In this document: positions 22,102 to 32,617 of the stretch, piece by piece
How positions within the stretch are numbered: position 1 is the first letter of the stretch
Layout of the letters: each line of letters opens with the position of its first letter
Source of the DNA: an uncultured Planctomycetota bacterium
Lineage (GTDB): Bacteria; Planctomycetota; Planctomycetia; Pirellulales; Lacipirellulaceae
Assembly: GCA_963719315.1 (NCBI GenBank)
Contig: CAVRBU010000002.1
Span: 1 to 64,000 of the forward strand
Reading direction: 5' to 3'
Length of the DNA stretch: 64,000 nucleotides
The notes under the pieces: generated by a model
What the model was told of the DNA's origin: nothing
Databases searched by the model: none
Seen by the model: only the letters and a program-made list of their open reading frames with translations
Made by a program: the position numbers and the translations under genes

Positions 22102-23712
22102 CTACTCCGCACTAATGCGCTCGCCTTTCTCCGCCACCGAGCGCTTCATGAAAAAGACGAGAACGACGAGCGCCAACGACAGGACGGCGCATAGAAAGAA
22201 CACGTCTAAGTATGCGAACGCAGCAGCTTGCTGTTGTCGGAGGTCGTCGAGCGACTGCAGGGTCGCCTGCTTCGACCAGGCCGGATCGCCGGAGAATCGC
22301 AACAAGTACGCCTGGCCCTGATCGAGATAGGACCGCACATCGTGGTTCAATGGGCTCAAGCCCTCGCCGATTCGGGACAGGTGCAATTGCACGCGCCGGT
22401 CTTCGATGATCTTCGCTGCGGAAGTACCCACGCTGCCTCCTTCGGTACGGAGCAGGCTGAGCAAACCGACGGCCGCCCCTCGCAGATGGACCGGGATGTA
22501 TTTGTAAGCAGCTACGCTGATCGGTGCGAAGACCAGTCCGATGCCAAGCATGACGAGCGCGTGCGGCCAGATCACTTGCCAGGGACCGATCTCAAGATTC
22601 ATTTGCGAGCGGCTGTAGCTCGCGATGGCCATGACCACCAATCCGCTCCCAACCAGCCAGCGGGCATCGACTTGCCGACCGATCAGCGCACCGGCAAGTA
22701 TCATCGCCACCATCGAGGAAATGCCCGAGGGCGACATCATCATTCCCGAGCGAAGCGCGTCGTAACCAAACAGGGACTGGAGCAGCGACGGCAACGCGAT
22801 GCACGAGCAGTAGACCACGGCAAAGGCACAGAACATGATTACACACGACAGGGAAAGGTTGCGGTCGCGAAGGACCCGGAAGTTGATGATCGGGCTCGCG
22901 GTCCTCATCTCGTGGTAGATGAGCCAACCGAGTCCCAGCACGAACAGGGTGATCAGCGTCTGCACCCGGCCGAACGGATCGCCGAGCCAATCCCATTCCT
23001 GGCCCTTACTGAGCATGATTTCCCATGTGGACATAACTAAGACCAGCACGCTCAGGCCGATGTAGTCGAAATTGAGCGGCTGGCGGCTAAGTTCGGCCCG
23101 CTCGCGCTTTAGGTAATCGGGATCGTCCACCACCAGATACGCAGCGATCAGCGACATCACGCCGATAGGGACGTTGATCAGGAAAATGTAGCGCCAGTCG
23201 TAGTTGACGCAGAGCCAACCGCCGAGCGTGGGGCCGACGATCGGGCCGAGGATGGCGGCGACGCCGAACAGCGTCATGGCCGTGCCTTGCTCCTCTTCAG
23301 GGAAGGCGTCGAGCAGGACCCCCTGGCTGCATGGCTGGAGCCCGCCGCCAGCGAGTCCCTGAATGATGCGAAAAATAATGATCTGCGTCAGACTTGTCGC
23401 AAAGCCGCAAAGGGCCGAGGCAAGCGAGAAGACGGCAATGCAGATGAGGAAGTAGTTTCGGCGGCCGAGGTGCGAAGAGAGCCAGCCGGTGATCGGCAGG
23501 ACAATGGCGTTAGCGGCCAGGTAGCTGGTGATGACCCACTCGGAGTCGCTCTGAGCGGCCGACAGCCCTCCGGAAATGTATCGCAGGGCCACGTTTGCGA
23601 TCGTCGTGTCCAAGATCTCCATGAACGTGGGCACGACGACCACGATGGCGATGATCCAGGGGTTGATCGCGGTTGGTCGAACGATACTTCGGCTTAATGC
23701 GATGCTGGTCAT
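22102..23712 (-). CDS. DHA2/EmrB-family MFS efflux permease
   Basis: MEILDTTIANVAL, WVITSYL, GPTLGGWL, FLINVPIG; many TM helices. Confidence 0.93.
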   Translation of the reverse strand: MTSIALSRSIVRPTAINPWIIAIVVVVPTFMEILDTTIANVALRYISGGLSAAQSDSEWVITSYLAANAIVLPITGWLSSHLGRRNYFLICIAVFSLASALCGFATSLTQIIIFRIIQGLAGGGLQPCSQGVLLDAFPEEEQGTAMTLFGVAAILGPIVGPTLGGWLCVNYDWRYIFLINVPIGVMSLIAAYLVVDDPDYLKRERAELSRQPLNFDYIGLSVLVLVMSTWEIMLSKGQEWDWLGDPFGRVQTLITLFVLGLGWLIYHEMRTASPIINFRVLRDRNLSLSCVIMFCAFAVVYCSCIALPSLLQSLFGYDALRSGMMMSPSGISSMVAMILAGALIGRQVDARWLVGSGLVVMAIASYSRSQMNLEIGPWQVIWPHALVMLGIGLVFAPISVAAYKYIPVHLRGAAVGLLSLLRTEGGSVGTSAAKIIEDRRVQLHLSRIGEGLSPLNHDVRSYLDQGQAYLLRFSGDPAWSKQATLQSLDDLRQQQAAAFAYLDVFFLCAVLSLALVVLVFFMKRSVAEKGERISAE

Positions 23713-23763
23713 GACGTGTTCTCCTAGATCCGCTCTGCGATGGAGTCGGGAGATCCTCTCAGT

Positions 23764-25272
23764 TCACCGTTGACTGTCTATCGCTTTCGTCGGTAAGGCC
23801 GCCAACGGTTGCAGAACTTTGCCCGCGTGCGGCCCCGTGGGTGGCTCCTTGTAATACACGTGCGGTTCGACCGACAGTCCGACGAACAAAGGCGCCTGGT
23901 CCGGGTCGTAGTCAGTAAGGTCGATACGCACGGGCAGCCGCTGGACGATCTTGACGAAGTTGCCAGTCGCATTCTGCGGCGGGAGCAGGGCGAGCGTTTG
24001 ACCGGTGCCCATGGTGAACCCGGAGATCCGCCCCTCGAACTCTTTGCGGCTGCCATACATGTCCACTTCGCACCGCACCCGCTGCCCAATTCGGAGGTGG
24101 GCCAGTTGCGTTTCCTTGAAGTTCGCGTCGATCCAGATCTCGGTGATCGAGCGAACGGCCATCAGGCTTTGCCCGGCCTGGACGTTATTGCCCGGGTTCA
24201 CGCTTTTTCTTGTAACGGCTCCATCGATCTCCGCGTACACCTTGCAATAGCGGAGATTTAATTTGGCGTCGTCGAGATTGTGTTCGGCTTGGAGCAGCTT
24301 CGCTTGGGCCTGCTTAACGGCTGGCGCGTCCTTAAAGAGTTGCGCGAAAATCTGGTCGATACTCTGCTTCGGATAACGACTGTAGAAATCAGCCATCATT
24401 TCCCGCGGCAACTTCTCAAACGATCCGCTCACTCCTAGCGCTGACGCCGCCTCAATCAACCTGCCCTGGGCGTCGCGAACCGCGGAGAAGGTTTCATCTA
24501 GGTCGGCCGGTACTTGGGTCAGGTCGTTGCCAGATGGCGGTGTCGCGGGCAGCCCTAGCGATACACGAATTTCATAGACAGCTTGGAGGGCTTCTTGCAC
24601 TTGAGCACGGGCCACCAGATACGTTTCTGTATAGGCGTCCATATCTTGCTGGGTGACGACGCCTGTGGCGACCAGTGGCTTGTTACGGTTGTAGTCAGCT
24701 TCGGCTTTTGCGAGTGATGCTTTTTTTGAGTCGAGCGTTGCCACTTGAAGCCTCAGCATGGCGGTCTTGTCCTTGACATCGTCCATCGCACGCTGCAACC
24801 CGAAAAGGAGACTCCGCATGAGTCCCGCACTGCCACGAACGGACGCTTCGGCCGCGACAAGATTCGCCTTTGCTGCTGTCACCGCAGCTTGTGCGATATC
24901 GACCCGCACTTGATAGGGCTCGGAATCGAGCTCAATTAGCAAATCGCCCTTGCGAACAACGTTATTTTCACTGACCAACACCCGTGAGACTTGTCCACTA
25001 ACGCGCGGGGCCACGTACGTCACGTCACCGTTGACGTACGCATCGTCGGTCGAAATCGTGTTCATCGTCTCGCGGAGCCAGGGAACGGCGGCGGCGCACG
25101 CCGCGACGGTGGCAACAGCCCCGACAACCCAAGGCCATTTGCGTTTCCGAACGGGCTGCAAGGCCACACTGCTCGCAGCCGTATCTGTTTCCGTTTGTGG
25201 AGTGAAGGCGCCGTTGGCTGCCGGCGTTGTTGCTTCAGGCGTCGGTTCAGTCTTAGTTAATGTGTTGACCAT
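23764..25272 (-). CDS. HlyD/EmrA-family membrane fusion protein
   Basis: STDDAYV, ANFKETQL, LLPPQNATGNFVKIVQRLPVRI. Confidence 0.93.
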   Translation of the reverse strand: MVNTLTKTEPTPEATTPAANGAFTPQTETDTAASSVALQPVRKRKWPWVVGAVATVAACAAAVPWLRETMNTISTDDAYVNGDVTYVAPRVSGQVSRVLVSENNVVRKGDLLIELDSEPYQVRVDIAQAAVTAAKANLVAAEASVRGSAGLMRSLLFGLQRAMDDVKDKTAMLRLQVATLDSKKASLAKAEADYNRNKPLVATGVVTQQDMDAYTETYLVARAQVQEALQAVYEIRVSLGLPATPPSGNDLTQVPADLDETFSAVRDAQGRLIEAASALGVSGSFEKLPREMMADFYSRYPKQSIDQIFAQLFKDAPAVKQAQAKLLQAEHNLDDAKLNLRYCKVYAEIDGAVTRKSVNPGNNVQAGQSLMAVRSITEIWIDANFKETQLAHLRIGQRVRCEVDMYGSRKEFEGRISGFTMGTGQTLALLPPQNATGNFVKIVQRLPVRIDLTDYDPDQAPLFVGLSVEPHVYYKEPPTGPHAGKVLQPLAALPTKAIDSQR

Positions 25273-25686
25273 TTGAGTTTGCCCTGTGTCAAGTTTTGGC
25301 TTGCTTAGTTCAACGACCGTTAGCCCCCTGATTCGAAGCACCTCGCTTCTACTCAATAACTGTCTCTGCTCGCACGCTAAGGCATTCGCCGTGCCAGCGC
25401 TACCAGTTCTGGCGTTTTGCCTCGCAAGAGTCGTAGGAACAACCATTTGCAGTTCAAGCGAGCAAAGCGGCTGTAGCACAGAACGATAAAATGCCAGCGG
25501 TACAGTGCCCGCCCGCGGGCACTTACGCCAATACCCGGGCGAAAACGCGGATGCCGTGCATTGGACGATCCCCTTCGACCTAGACTTGAGCTTCTCCTCA
25601 CGGCATCGTTATCCGTAAGGCCCACCCGCACGCCAGCCCGGGCTATCTGACGCAAAAAGTTTGCGGATTCTTGGCTGCCATCAAAG

Positions 25687-25890
25687 TCATGTACGCGCGC
25701 GTCCATCACGTTTTGCCTCGATGCCACTTGTGTCTTGAATTTGTTGATGCAATTCCTGACGGTAGATCGCGATTTCCTGCGGCGCGTCGATGGCCAGGCG
25801 GACTCTCGACTTGCCTATGTCCACGACCATCAGCTCAATATTGGGGCCGATCACAATCTGTTCGCCACACTTACGGCTCAAGACTAACAC
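25687..25890 (-). CDS. csrA: Carbon storage regulator CsrA family
   Basis: (M)LVLSRKCGEQIVIG...VRLAIDAPQEIAIYRQEL; GTG start after GAGGTG. Confidence 0.88.
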   Translation of the reverse strand: MLVLSRKCGEQIVIGPNIELMVVDIGKSRVRLAIDAPQEIAIYRQELHQQIQDTSGIEAKRDGRART

Positions 25891-25900
25891 GTTAAGCACC

Positions 25901-26365
25901 TCATTTGCATTTTGACATTGACCTATTGGTGGTCATTGCGACTGTCGAACCACTTGACTCCGCCATCGCTCCCACTGCGACATGACCCGCTGGGTGCAAT
26001 TCATATACATTTCTTCGGAGGGCATTGGCGACGAGTGAATCAAGCAGAGTCAACTGGCACGGCTTGCTGACGCAGTACATAGCTCCCTCGGATCTTGCCC
26101 GCCGCATGGAGTAGTCGCCGCCGCCCAGAATGACCACCTTGATATCATGCTGAATCCGCTTCAAGCGTTGCATCAGTTCTAGCCCGTCTATTTCCGGTAG
26201 TCTGGCGTCAAGCAGTGCAACCTGAAACGGTCTGAAGCTCGCCGCCTCCAGCGCTTGACGCGGGTGATGAACGGCGACTACTCGATGACCAGCCTGAATG
26301 AAATGGCGAGTCAATTCATCAAGCTGTACCGGGTCGTCTTCGACAATCAATATTGAGATGTTCAT
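25901..26365 (-). CDS. Single-domain response regulator (receiver)
   Basis: ILIVEDD, LLDARLPEIDGLEL, SKP. Confidence 0.88.
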   Translation of the reverse strand: MNISILIVEDDPVQLDELTRHFIQAGHRVVAVHHPRQALEAASFRPFQVALLDARLPEIDGLELMQRLKRIQHDIKVVILGGGDYSMRRARSEGAMYCVSKPCQLTLLDSLVANALRRNVYELHPAGHVAVGAMAESSGSTVAMTTNRSMSKCK

Positions 26366-26406
26366 GGGCTTGTTTTATGCCGATCCCAAAGAGGCGAGAC
26401 CACAAC

Positions 26407-26670
26407 TCATAACTTGCTTGCACTGTCCTTAGCCACTTGTGCCACTTCAATTTCATTCGCCCGGATGCGTAGTTTTGTAAACTCCATCACCGCGTGTTGC
26501 GCCAGCTGCTTTGCGTAGTACGTGCGCGCGTGACCTTGCAAAACCACGCCATCGTCGCGGGCCTTTAGCTTCAAACTGCGCACCCTGCCGTTTAGGCGGC
26601 GAAGCACTAGCTGTTCGATTAGGCGTATAGAATCGTGCGAGTCACAAGTTGCTACCGGCTGCTCGACCAT
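26407..26670 (-). CDS. Small BON-like domain protein
   Basis: VVLQGHARTYYAKQLAQHAV...NEIEV pattern. Confidence 0.75.
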   Translation of the reverse strand: MVEQPVATCDSHDSIRLIEQLVLRRLNGRVRSLKLKARDDGVVLQGHARTYYAKQLAQHAVMEFTKLRIRANEIEVAQVAKDSASKL

Positions 26671-26811
26671 GTTCTGTCCTTCTTTAGTCGCTCAAACATG
26701 AGCGTTAGGCTAGACAAAAATCTAAACGCCTTCGCGCCTGCGCCCTCTACACTCAAACCGGCGCCAGCGGCGACGCGTGATCGCCAGCCGCTGCGACCCG
26801 GTTGCCAAACG

Positions 26812-27408
26812 CTAAACCTTTGCGAATTCCGACTTAGCGGACTCATATGCTTCATCGAACGCTTCACGAGACTTCTTCAGCGCCCGGCGGTACCCTTCCG
26901 ATGAGGTAGATGCTGCCTGACGAACCTCAGCGAATTGCTCCTTGCCCTGTTGCGCTCTCTCCTGCATCCGCCTAATAGCCGCGTTGAAAGACTCCTTCTG
27001 TTCAACGGCGATTCCAACGGCCACTTTGTTGCACTTCTGGATCGTCTCTTGCCAACTATTCAATTGAGCCGCTGCGCGGGCCTCAAACTCTTTTCGAGCG
27101 TTGTTCAATTGAACAACGGCGGCATCCATTGCTTTTTCAAATTCCTGCCAGTCTCGCTCCAGCTGTTGTTTGGCCGACTTGATGGCGCCCTCGCCCTTGT
27201 GTTCGAGCGCTTCGATGCTGGCTTTCATCGTGGCCTTGAATTTGTCGCGGGTTTCTTTGGCTTTAGCCAAGATCGCGGTAGTATCTGCTTTAATATGCTG
27301 CTCAGCATTGTTGGCATCGTTTTCAGCTTCGAGAACCGCGGCTTCCATTTCATCAAGTCGATTCTTCGACCACACAACAAACGGATGGATCTTACTTGTT
27401 TGGTTCAT
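26812..27408 (-). CDS. Hypothetical all-helical coiled-coil protein
   Basis: Ala/Glu/Lys-rich 198 aa ORF with AGGAG RBS and an upstream sigma54-type site. Confidence 0.8.
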   Translation of the reverse strand: MNQTSKIHPFVVWSKNRLDEMEAAVLEAENDANNAEQHIKADTTAILAKAKETRDKFKATMKASIEALEHKGEGAIKSAKQQLERDWQEFEKAMDAAVVQLNNARKEFEARAAAQLNSWQETIQKCNKVAVGIAVEQKESFNAAIRRMQERAQQGKEQFAEVRQAASTSSEGYRRALKKSREAFDEAYESAKSEFAKV

Positions 27409-27489
27409 CTCAGGTACTCCTATGTAAACTGTAACCCTCGCATTGCCCTGAACGGGTTCAACACTGAAACCGTTGCAAGCGATTACCTA

Positions 27490-27505
27490 AGCATCCGGTG
27501 TGCCA
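27490..27505 (-). promoter_or_regulatory. Putative sigma54 -24/-12 promoter
   Basis: TGGCAC-ACCGG-ATGCT, ~80 bp upstream of ORF 27408. Confidence 0.7.
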
Positions 27506-27678
27506 GAGGCGTCCGACGCAGCGGTCCGCTGGGCAATTAGCGTACCAGTGGAGATCGGCATTGAAACGGGACCCACCTGGGGTGCGGAATCGGCATTGAA
27601 AAGGGACCCACCGCAGCGGACTTCGTAAGCTGGATTCCCGGTTTTTAAACTGGGGAATTCAGCGAAGCGGAGTCAAGG

Positions 27679-29385
27679 ATGCTGAAGGTGGAGGATTACG
27701 GCAGGATACGTCGTGCTCATCGCGATGGCATGAGCATTCGGGAGATCGCCCGGACGTTTGGGCATTCGCGACGAAAGATCCGCGAGGCACTGGCGCAGGC
27801 AGAGCCGCGGCCTTACACGCTGTCGCTACCGCGACCGCGGCGGGTGCTGACCGATGTGCACCAGCAATGGATCGGCGCGATTCTCGTCGAAGATGAGCAG
27901 GCGCCTCGCAAGCAACGTCACACAGGAGCGCAACTCTTTCGGCGGCTGCGGGACGAAGAGCAGTACGTCGGCAGCTACGACCAGGTGCGAAGGTACGTGG
28001 CCGCGACGCGGGGGCGGCAGCGCGAAACGTTTCTCCCTTTGTCGTACGAGCCAGGCCAACGGGCCGAGAGCGACTTCGGTCAGATCTGGGTCGACTTCCC
28101 GGAAGGCAGGCGCCAGGTTCCGATCCTGCTGGTGACGTGGGCCTACTCGAACGCCACCTTTATGATTGCGCTGCCGAGCGAAAAGACCGAGGCGATCCTG
28201 CATGGCACGGTGGCGGCGTTTGCGTTTTTTCGTTGCGTGCCCAAAGAACTGTGGTGGGATAATCCAAGAACCGTTGCGACCACGATTCTGCGTGGCCGCC
28301 AACGGGAGTTGAACCAGCGCTGGCAGGCGCTGGCCAGTCACTACAACTTCGAGCCGTTGTTCTGCCTGCCGGCTCGCGGTAACGAAAAGCCGCACGTCGA
28401 GAACCGGGTGAAGCTGTTGGAGCGCCAGTGGGCGACGCCGGTCCCTCAAGTGAAGGATCTGACAGAGCTAAATGCCTACCTGCTTCAATGCTGCGAGCGG
28501 GATGCTCGGCGGACGATTGCGGGCCACAGCGAAACGATCGGCGCGCGCTTCGCGACAGAGCAGATTAGCGCCTTGCCGCTGCCCGAGCGCCCGTTTGAAG
28601 CCGCCGTGAGCGAGGTCCGTCAAGTCGACAAGTACCAGACGGTCGCCTGGGAGAAGAATCGCTACAGCGTGCCGCGGCGGCATGCGTTCGCCACGGTCAC
28701 GGTAAAAGCCACTATCGATCGCATCGAAGTCATCCGCGACGGCCAGCGGATTGCCCGGCACGAGCGCTCCTACGGACAGGGCGAGCAAGTGCTCGATCCG
28801 CTGCACTACCTGTCCACTCTGGGAGTGAAGCCAGCCTATTTGGATCACACTGACGTCTACCGCAATTGGCGTCTGCCGGCGGCGTTTACCCAGTTGCGCG
28901 AACATTTTGAAACACGCCACGGATCGTTGCCGGGCGCTCGGCAATTCATCCGCGTGCTGCAGCTGTTGGCAGAGCACCCGCTGACTCGGGTTGAGCAGGC
29001 CATCCAGGCCTGCCGCGGCGACGGCGTCGTCACGGCCGAGCGGATTGCTGGGCTCTGCGAGCGACTGGCGCTGCGCTCCACCCGCGGCGAAGCGAACCTA
29101 ATCGGGCAGCTGCGATCGATTCCTGCGGTGCAAGTCCCGCTGCCGGACTTGCGCCGCTTTGACTCGTTACTCTCTCACGGAGGAGAAGATCATGGCCCAG
29201 AAAGAAACGCCCCTGTTACTGCGTTCGAACCTCAAGGCGCTACGCCTGCCGACGATGCTGGCCGAGTATGGCAAGCTCGCCGGGGAAGCGACCAACAGCA
29301 ACCAGGACTACCTCGACTATCTGTTGCGCCTGACGGAGTTGGAGTTAGCCACACGCAGTGCCAATGCTCTGCAGGCGCGCATTAA
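27679..29385 (+). CDS. istA: IS21 transposase IstA
   Basis: N-terminal HTH, SDFG, WDNP, EKPHVEN, RYSVP. Confidence 0.95.
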   Translation: MLKVEDYGRIRRAHRDGMSIREIARTFGHSRRKIREALAQAEPRPYTLSLPRPRRVLTDVHQQWIGAILVEDEQAPRKQRHTGAQLFRRLRDEEQYVGSYDQVRRYVAATRGRQRETFLPLSYEPGQRAESDFGQIWVDFPEGRRQVPILLVTWAYSNATFMIALPSEKTEAILHGTVAAFAFFRCVPKELWWDNPRTVATTILRGRQRELNQRWQALASHYNFEPLFCLPARGNEKPHVENRVKLLERQWATPVPQVKDLTELNAYLLQCCERDARRTIAGHSETIGARFATEQISALPLPERPFEAAVSEVRQVDKYQTVAWEKNRYSVPRRHAFATVTVKATIDRIEVIRDGQRIARHERSYGQGEQVLDPLHYLSTLGVKPAYLDHTDVYRNWRLPAAFTQLREHFETRHGSLPGARQFIRVLQLLAEHPLTRVEQAIQACRGDGVVTAERIAGLCERLALRSTRGEANLIGQLRSIPAVQVPLPDLRRFDSLLSHGGEDHGPERNAPVTAFEPQGATPADDAGRVWQARRGSDQQQPGLPRLSVAPDGVGVSHTQCQCSAGAH

Positions 29386-29961
29386 ACAGGCTGGCTTCCC
29401 GGTGCAGAAGGACCTCGATGCATTCGACTTTACGCGGCGCCCGGCCTCTCGAAGCCCAAGATCCTGGAACTGGCCCGCTGCGGCTGGATTGATCAGCGTC
29501 AGAACTGCTGCCTGTTGGGTAGTTCGGGAACTGGAAAAACGCATCTGGCCATCGCCTTGGGCCTGGCCGCCTGCCGACTGGGCAAGCGAGTCCGCTTCTT
29601 TACCGCTGCCACACTGGTCAATCGCTTGGAAGAGACGCAGAAGCAGTACCAGCTCGAGCGATTGTTGAAGCAGCTCGACAAGCTCGATCTGCTTGTCTGC
29701 GACGAGCTCGGTTATCTCTCGTTCAATCGCAGCGGAGCGGAACTGCTGTTCCAGGTATTCGCCGATCGCTACGAGCGATCCAGCCTGTTGATCACCAGCA
29801 ACTTGCCGTTCAGCGAATGGCAGCAGGTGTTTCAGGGAGAACGGATGACAGCTGCTCTCTTGGACCGGCTGACGCACCACTGCGAAATCTTTGAGATGAA
29901 CGGTGAAAGCTACCGCTTCCGGGAGTCGATGAAACAAAAGCGAACCACCAAGGGCAAGTAG
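29192..29961 (+). pseudogene. istB: IS21 ATPase IstB with 1-nt frameshift near 29435
   Basis: LKALRLP..AGFP..FDF in one frame; GSSGTGKTHLA, DELGY, TSNLPF, LLDRLTHH in the next. Confidence 0.9.
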
Positions 29962-30571
29962 CTTTCGGGCGACCCGTCGGCAAAACGTTCGCAAATCGCG
30001 CAACAAAATGGAGAGTTTACTCTAACCCATTAAGTGAACTAACGGAGGCGGCCGCGCGAGACCTTCGAAGGGTCTCGCGGGCCGCTCCCCAACTAACCAG
30101 GTGGGCCCAGATTCAACGCCCAGGTGGGTCCCATTTCAATGCCGATCTCCATACCAGCAACGATTTACGATTGAAGCAGTCGAATCAGCGTTCGCTCGGA
30201 AGAAGCAAATGCCAGCGGTTCGTTGCCCGCCCGCAAGCACCTGCGCCAACTGACAGGCACAACTGAGGAATGAAAGGTGCAGAACTCCTCATCTTTCGCC
30301 GTCGAGGGAAGCTCTTCCCGTTGAGGAATCGGCGCCCCGGGGCGTGACCAACGCTTCCGCCGTCGTCACGGCACGAGCGAGGTTGCTGGTCTGCGCCGCT
30401 CCTCATGAAAACCCTAGCCGTTCCACTACGCAAACTGTGCATTCCCGCACACGCGCGCATGATTGGCACATTTTGCGGGGCGGACCGACTGCGAACGACG
30501 TGAAATGCCGACGGCTCATCCTACTGAGCCGCGAAAAGTGAAAGCCGCGCGGCATGACTACCTTGCCCCGT

Positions 30572-31753
30572 TCATGTCAAAAGAAGCGATGCGGTGTGGC
30601 GGGCCATCATCAATTCCTCATCGGTCGGGATCACCCATACGGAAGGCACCTGGCCGGCCGGAGAGATCCTGAGCCCATCCCGGCAATCGGCAACTTCGTC
30701 GAGGGTTACTTGCAACCAGGCCGCGTCGTTGCAGACGCGCGCACGAATTGCGGCCGCGTGCTCACCGATACCGCCCGTGAAAACCAGCGCGTCCAAACCT
30801 CTCAGCGCAGCGACAAGCGAACCCAATTCGCGGCCTATGCGGTAGATAAAATGGTCGATCGCCAGTTTTGCTCCAGCCTCTTGGCTCGCCAAGAGAGTGC
30901 GCATGTCATTTGAAACTCCCGAAAGCCCTTTTAGACCTGAGCGGTGGTAGAGCAAGTCTTCAAGTTGTTTTAAGTCCATAGCTTTCGAGCGCATCAAATA
31001 CAACAACACGCCTGGATCAATCTGGCCGCAGCGCGTTCCCATCGGCAGACCGTCCAGAGCAGTGAAGCCCATCGTGGATGCCACACTCTTGCCCTTATGA
31101 ATCGCCGCCATGCTGCAGCCGTTTCCCAAGTGTGCGACAACGAGCCGCCCATCTGCCGCAAGCGGATCAACTTTTTCTAAAGCTTGAACAATGTATTCGT
31201 ACGACAATCCATGAAATCCATAGCGACGAATTCCGGCGTCGTACATATCACGCGGCAGAGCGTAGAGTTCGGCCACAAGTGGCGTCGTGCGATGGAACGC
31301 CGTGTCGAAGCACGCCACTTGCGGCAAGTCGGGCCGCAATTCCAAAATCCGCTGAATCGGCGCCAGATTGTGCGGCTGATGTAACGGTGCAAGTGGTTCG
31401 AACTCTCGAATCGCATTGAGCACATCGTGATTCACGATCACTGGCGCCGAATAGATTGGACCCCCATGAACGACCCGGTGACCAATGGCGACAGGTTCAA
31501 TCTCTGGGTGACGTTCCAGAAACCAAGCAAACAGCCAATGCAATACCTCTTCCTGCGCGCGAAGCTCTGTGTTCGGGAATTGTTTTTCCTCCAGTAGCGT
31601 GTTGTCGCCATCCCTGATGGATAAGTGCGGTGCCGAACCAATCCCCTCAAAATTGCCGGAGAATAGGCGGGTCAAATCCGCGCCTCGCAATTGAAACGCC
31701 GCGAATTTGACGCTGGAGGAACCGGCGTTGATTACGAGAATTGTTGGAACCAT
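30572..31753 (-). CDS. ackA: Acetate/propionate kinase
   Basis: INAGSSSVK, GHRVVHGG, FDTAFH, YGFHGLSY, HLGNG, FTGGIGE, PTDEE. Confidence 0.96.
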   Translation of the reverse strand: MVPTILVINAGSSSVKFAAFQLRGADLTRLFSGNFEGIGSAPHLSIRDGDNTLLEEKQFPNTELRAQEEVLHWLFAWFLERHPEIEPVAIGHRVVHGGPIYSAPVIVNHDVLNAIREFEPLAPLHQPHNLAPIQRILELRPDLPQVACFDTAFHRTTPLVAELYALPRDMYDAGIRRYGFHGLSYEYIVQALEKVDPLAADGRLVVAHLGNGCSMAAIHKGKSVASTMGFTALDGLPMGTRCGQIDPGVLLYLMRSKAMDLKQLEDLLYHRSGLKGLSGVSNDMRTLLASQEAGAKLAIDHFIYRIGRELGSLVAALRGLDALVFTGGIGEHAAAIRARVCNDAAWLQVTLDEVADCRDGLRISPAGQVPSVWVIPTDEELMMARHTASLLLT

Positions 31754-31841
31754 CTGCTGTCTTCCCATGTAAATTACGCAGTTCACCTTTATCTGTACCG
31801 TACCGGCCTCGGGACTGCAATTTGCGAGATCGTTTTCGGCC

Positions 31842-32171
31842 TCACTTGGCTTTGTCTAGATTTGTATCTATTTTTTCGAACGGTCGTGGTCGGTGATTCG
31901 AACCGTTGGTTATCTCGTCCACAATGGACTTCGTCAGACAGTCATTAGCGACAAAGTCGGCTCCATGGTAGTACATGGCCGCCAAGCATGCCTTTCCGGC
32001 CTCATCCACGAAGGTCAAACCAGTCAGGTCCACGCGGAGGGCTGGCTTGTCCTTGCTTGCCAACGTACGGCGCCAGCACTTGTCCAGCTCTTCGAGGCAC
32101 GGGCGTGACAACCTGCCTTCAAGCTGGAAAGTAACTGATTGGGAGTTGTGGTGGACCGTGATTCGTAGCAT
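31842..32171 (-). CDS. STAS-like small protein
   Basis: LEGRL...VDLTGLTFVDEAG pattern; GAGG RBS. Confidence 0.75.
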   Translation of the reverse strand: MLRITVHHNSQSVTFQLEGRLSRPCLEELDKCWRRTLASKDKPALRVDLTGLTFVDEAGKACLAAMYYHGADFVANDCLTKSIVDEITNGSNHRPRPFEKIDTNLDKAK

Positions 32172-32199
32172 CGCTCACATCCTCACTTAGTTCTGTTCG

Positions 32200-32358
32200 T
32201 TAAAAATGCCCCCCGTATTGGCGCCGGAAATTGTGCGCCTCTCGGTCAGCGGCGCTCATGGTTCGCGCTGTGCCACAGCGAAGGAGCGCTCGACACTTGC
32301 TGCCGTGAATTTCCCAACGCCACAGTTTGAACGTGATCGGGTAAAAAATTACGTACAT
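32200..32358 (-). CDS. Small hypothetical protein (52 aa)
   Basis: GGGGAG RBS before ATG 32358; co-directional with neighbours. Confidence 0.5.
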   Translation of the reverse strand: MYVIFYPITFKLWRWEIHGSKCRALLRCGTARTMSAADREAHNFRRQYGGHF

Positions 32359-32617
32359 GGCAACTCCCCGCCTTTTGAAAGCGCAGTTGGCACCCAAGCG
32401 CTAAGCCGAGATGTTTTTAGTTCGTTGTTTCGGAGCTCGCTCTGTGTCCGAATAAAGCAAGAGACGGACCGAAGGCGACTCCGGATAAAGCGCGACCTCG
32501 CAACCAGCGAAATAAAAAGGAGTTGCAGCGAAGATAGGCGCAAAGCGCTGAGCGACGAAGCTCAGCCCACCGGCGATTAGCTGCCCGCGGGCCGGCCCGG
32601 ACGCCAATGGGCGGGCA

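Larger units (their letters stand above)
27549..30151 (+). mobile_element. IS21-family insertion sequence (2603 bp)
   Basis: TG...CA ends; terminal IR TGGAGATCGGCATTGAAAYGGGACCCACCTGG with internal repeats; 6-bp target duplication TACCAG (27543-27548, 30152-30157). Confidence 0.96.

Noticed and set aside
30464..30477. TGGCACATTTTGC sigma54-like site
   Set aside because: GG-GC spacing is two bases short and there is no credible downstream gene.
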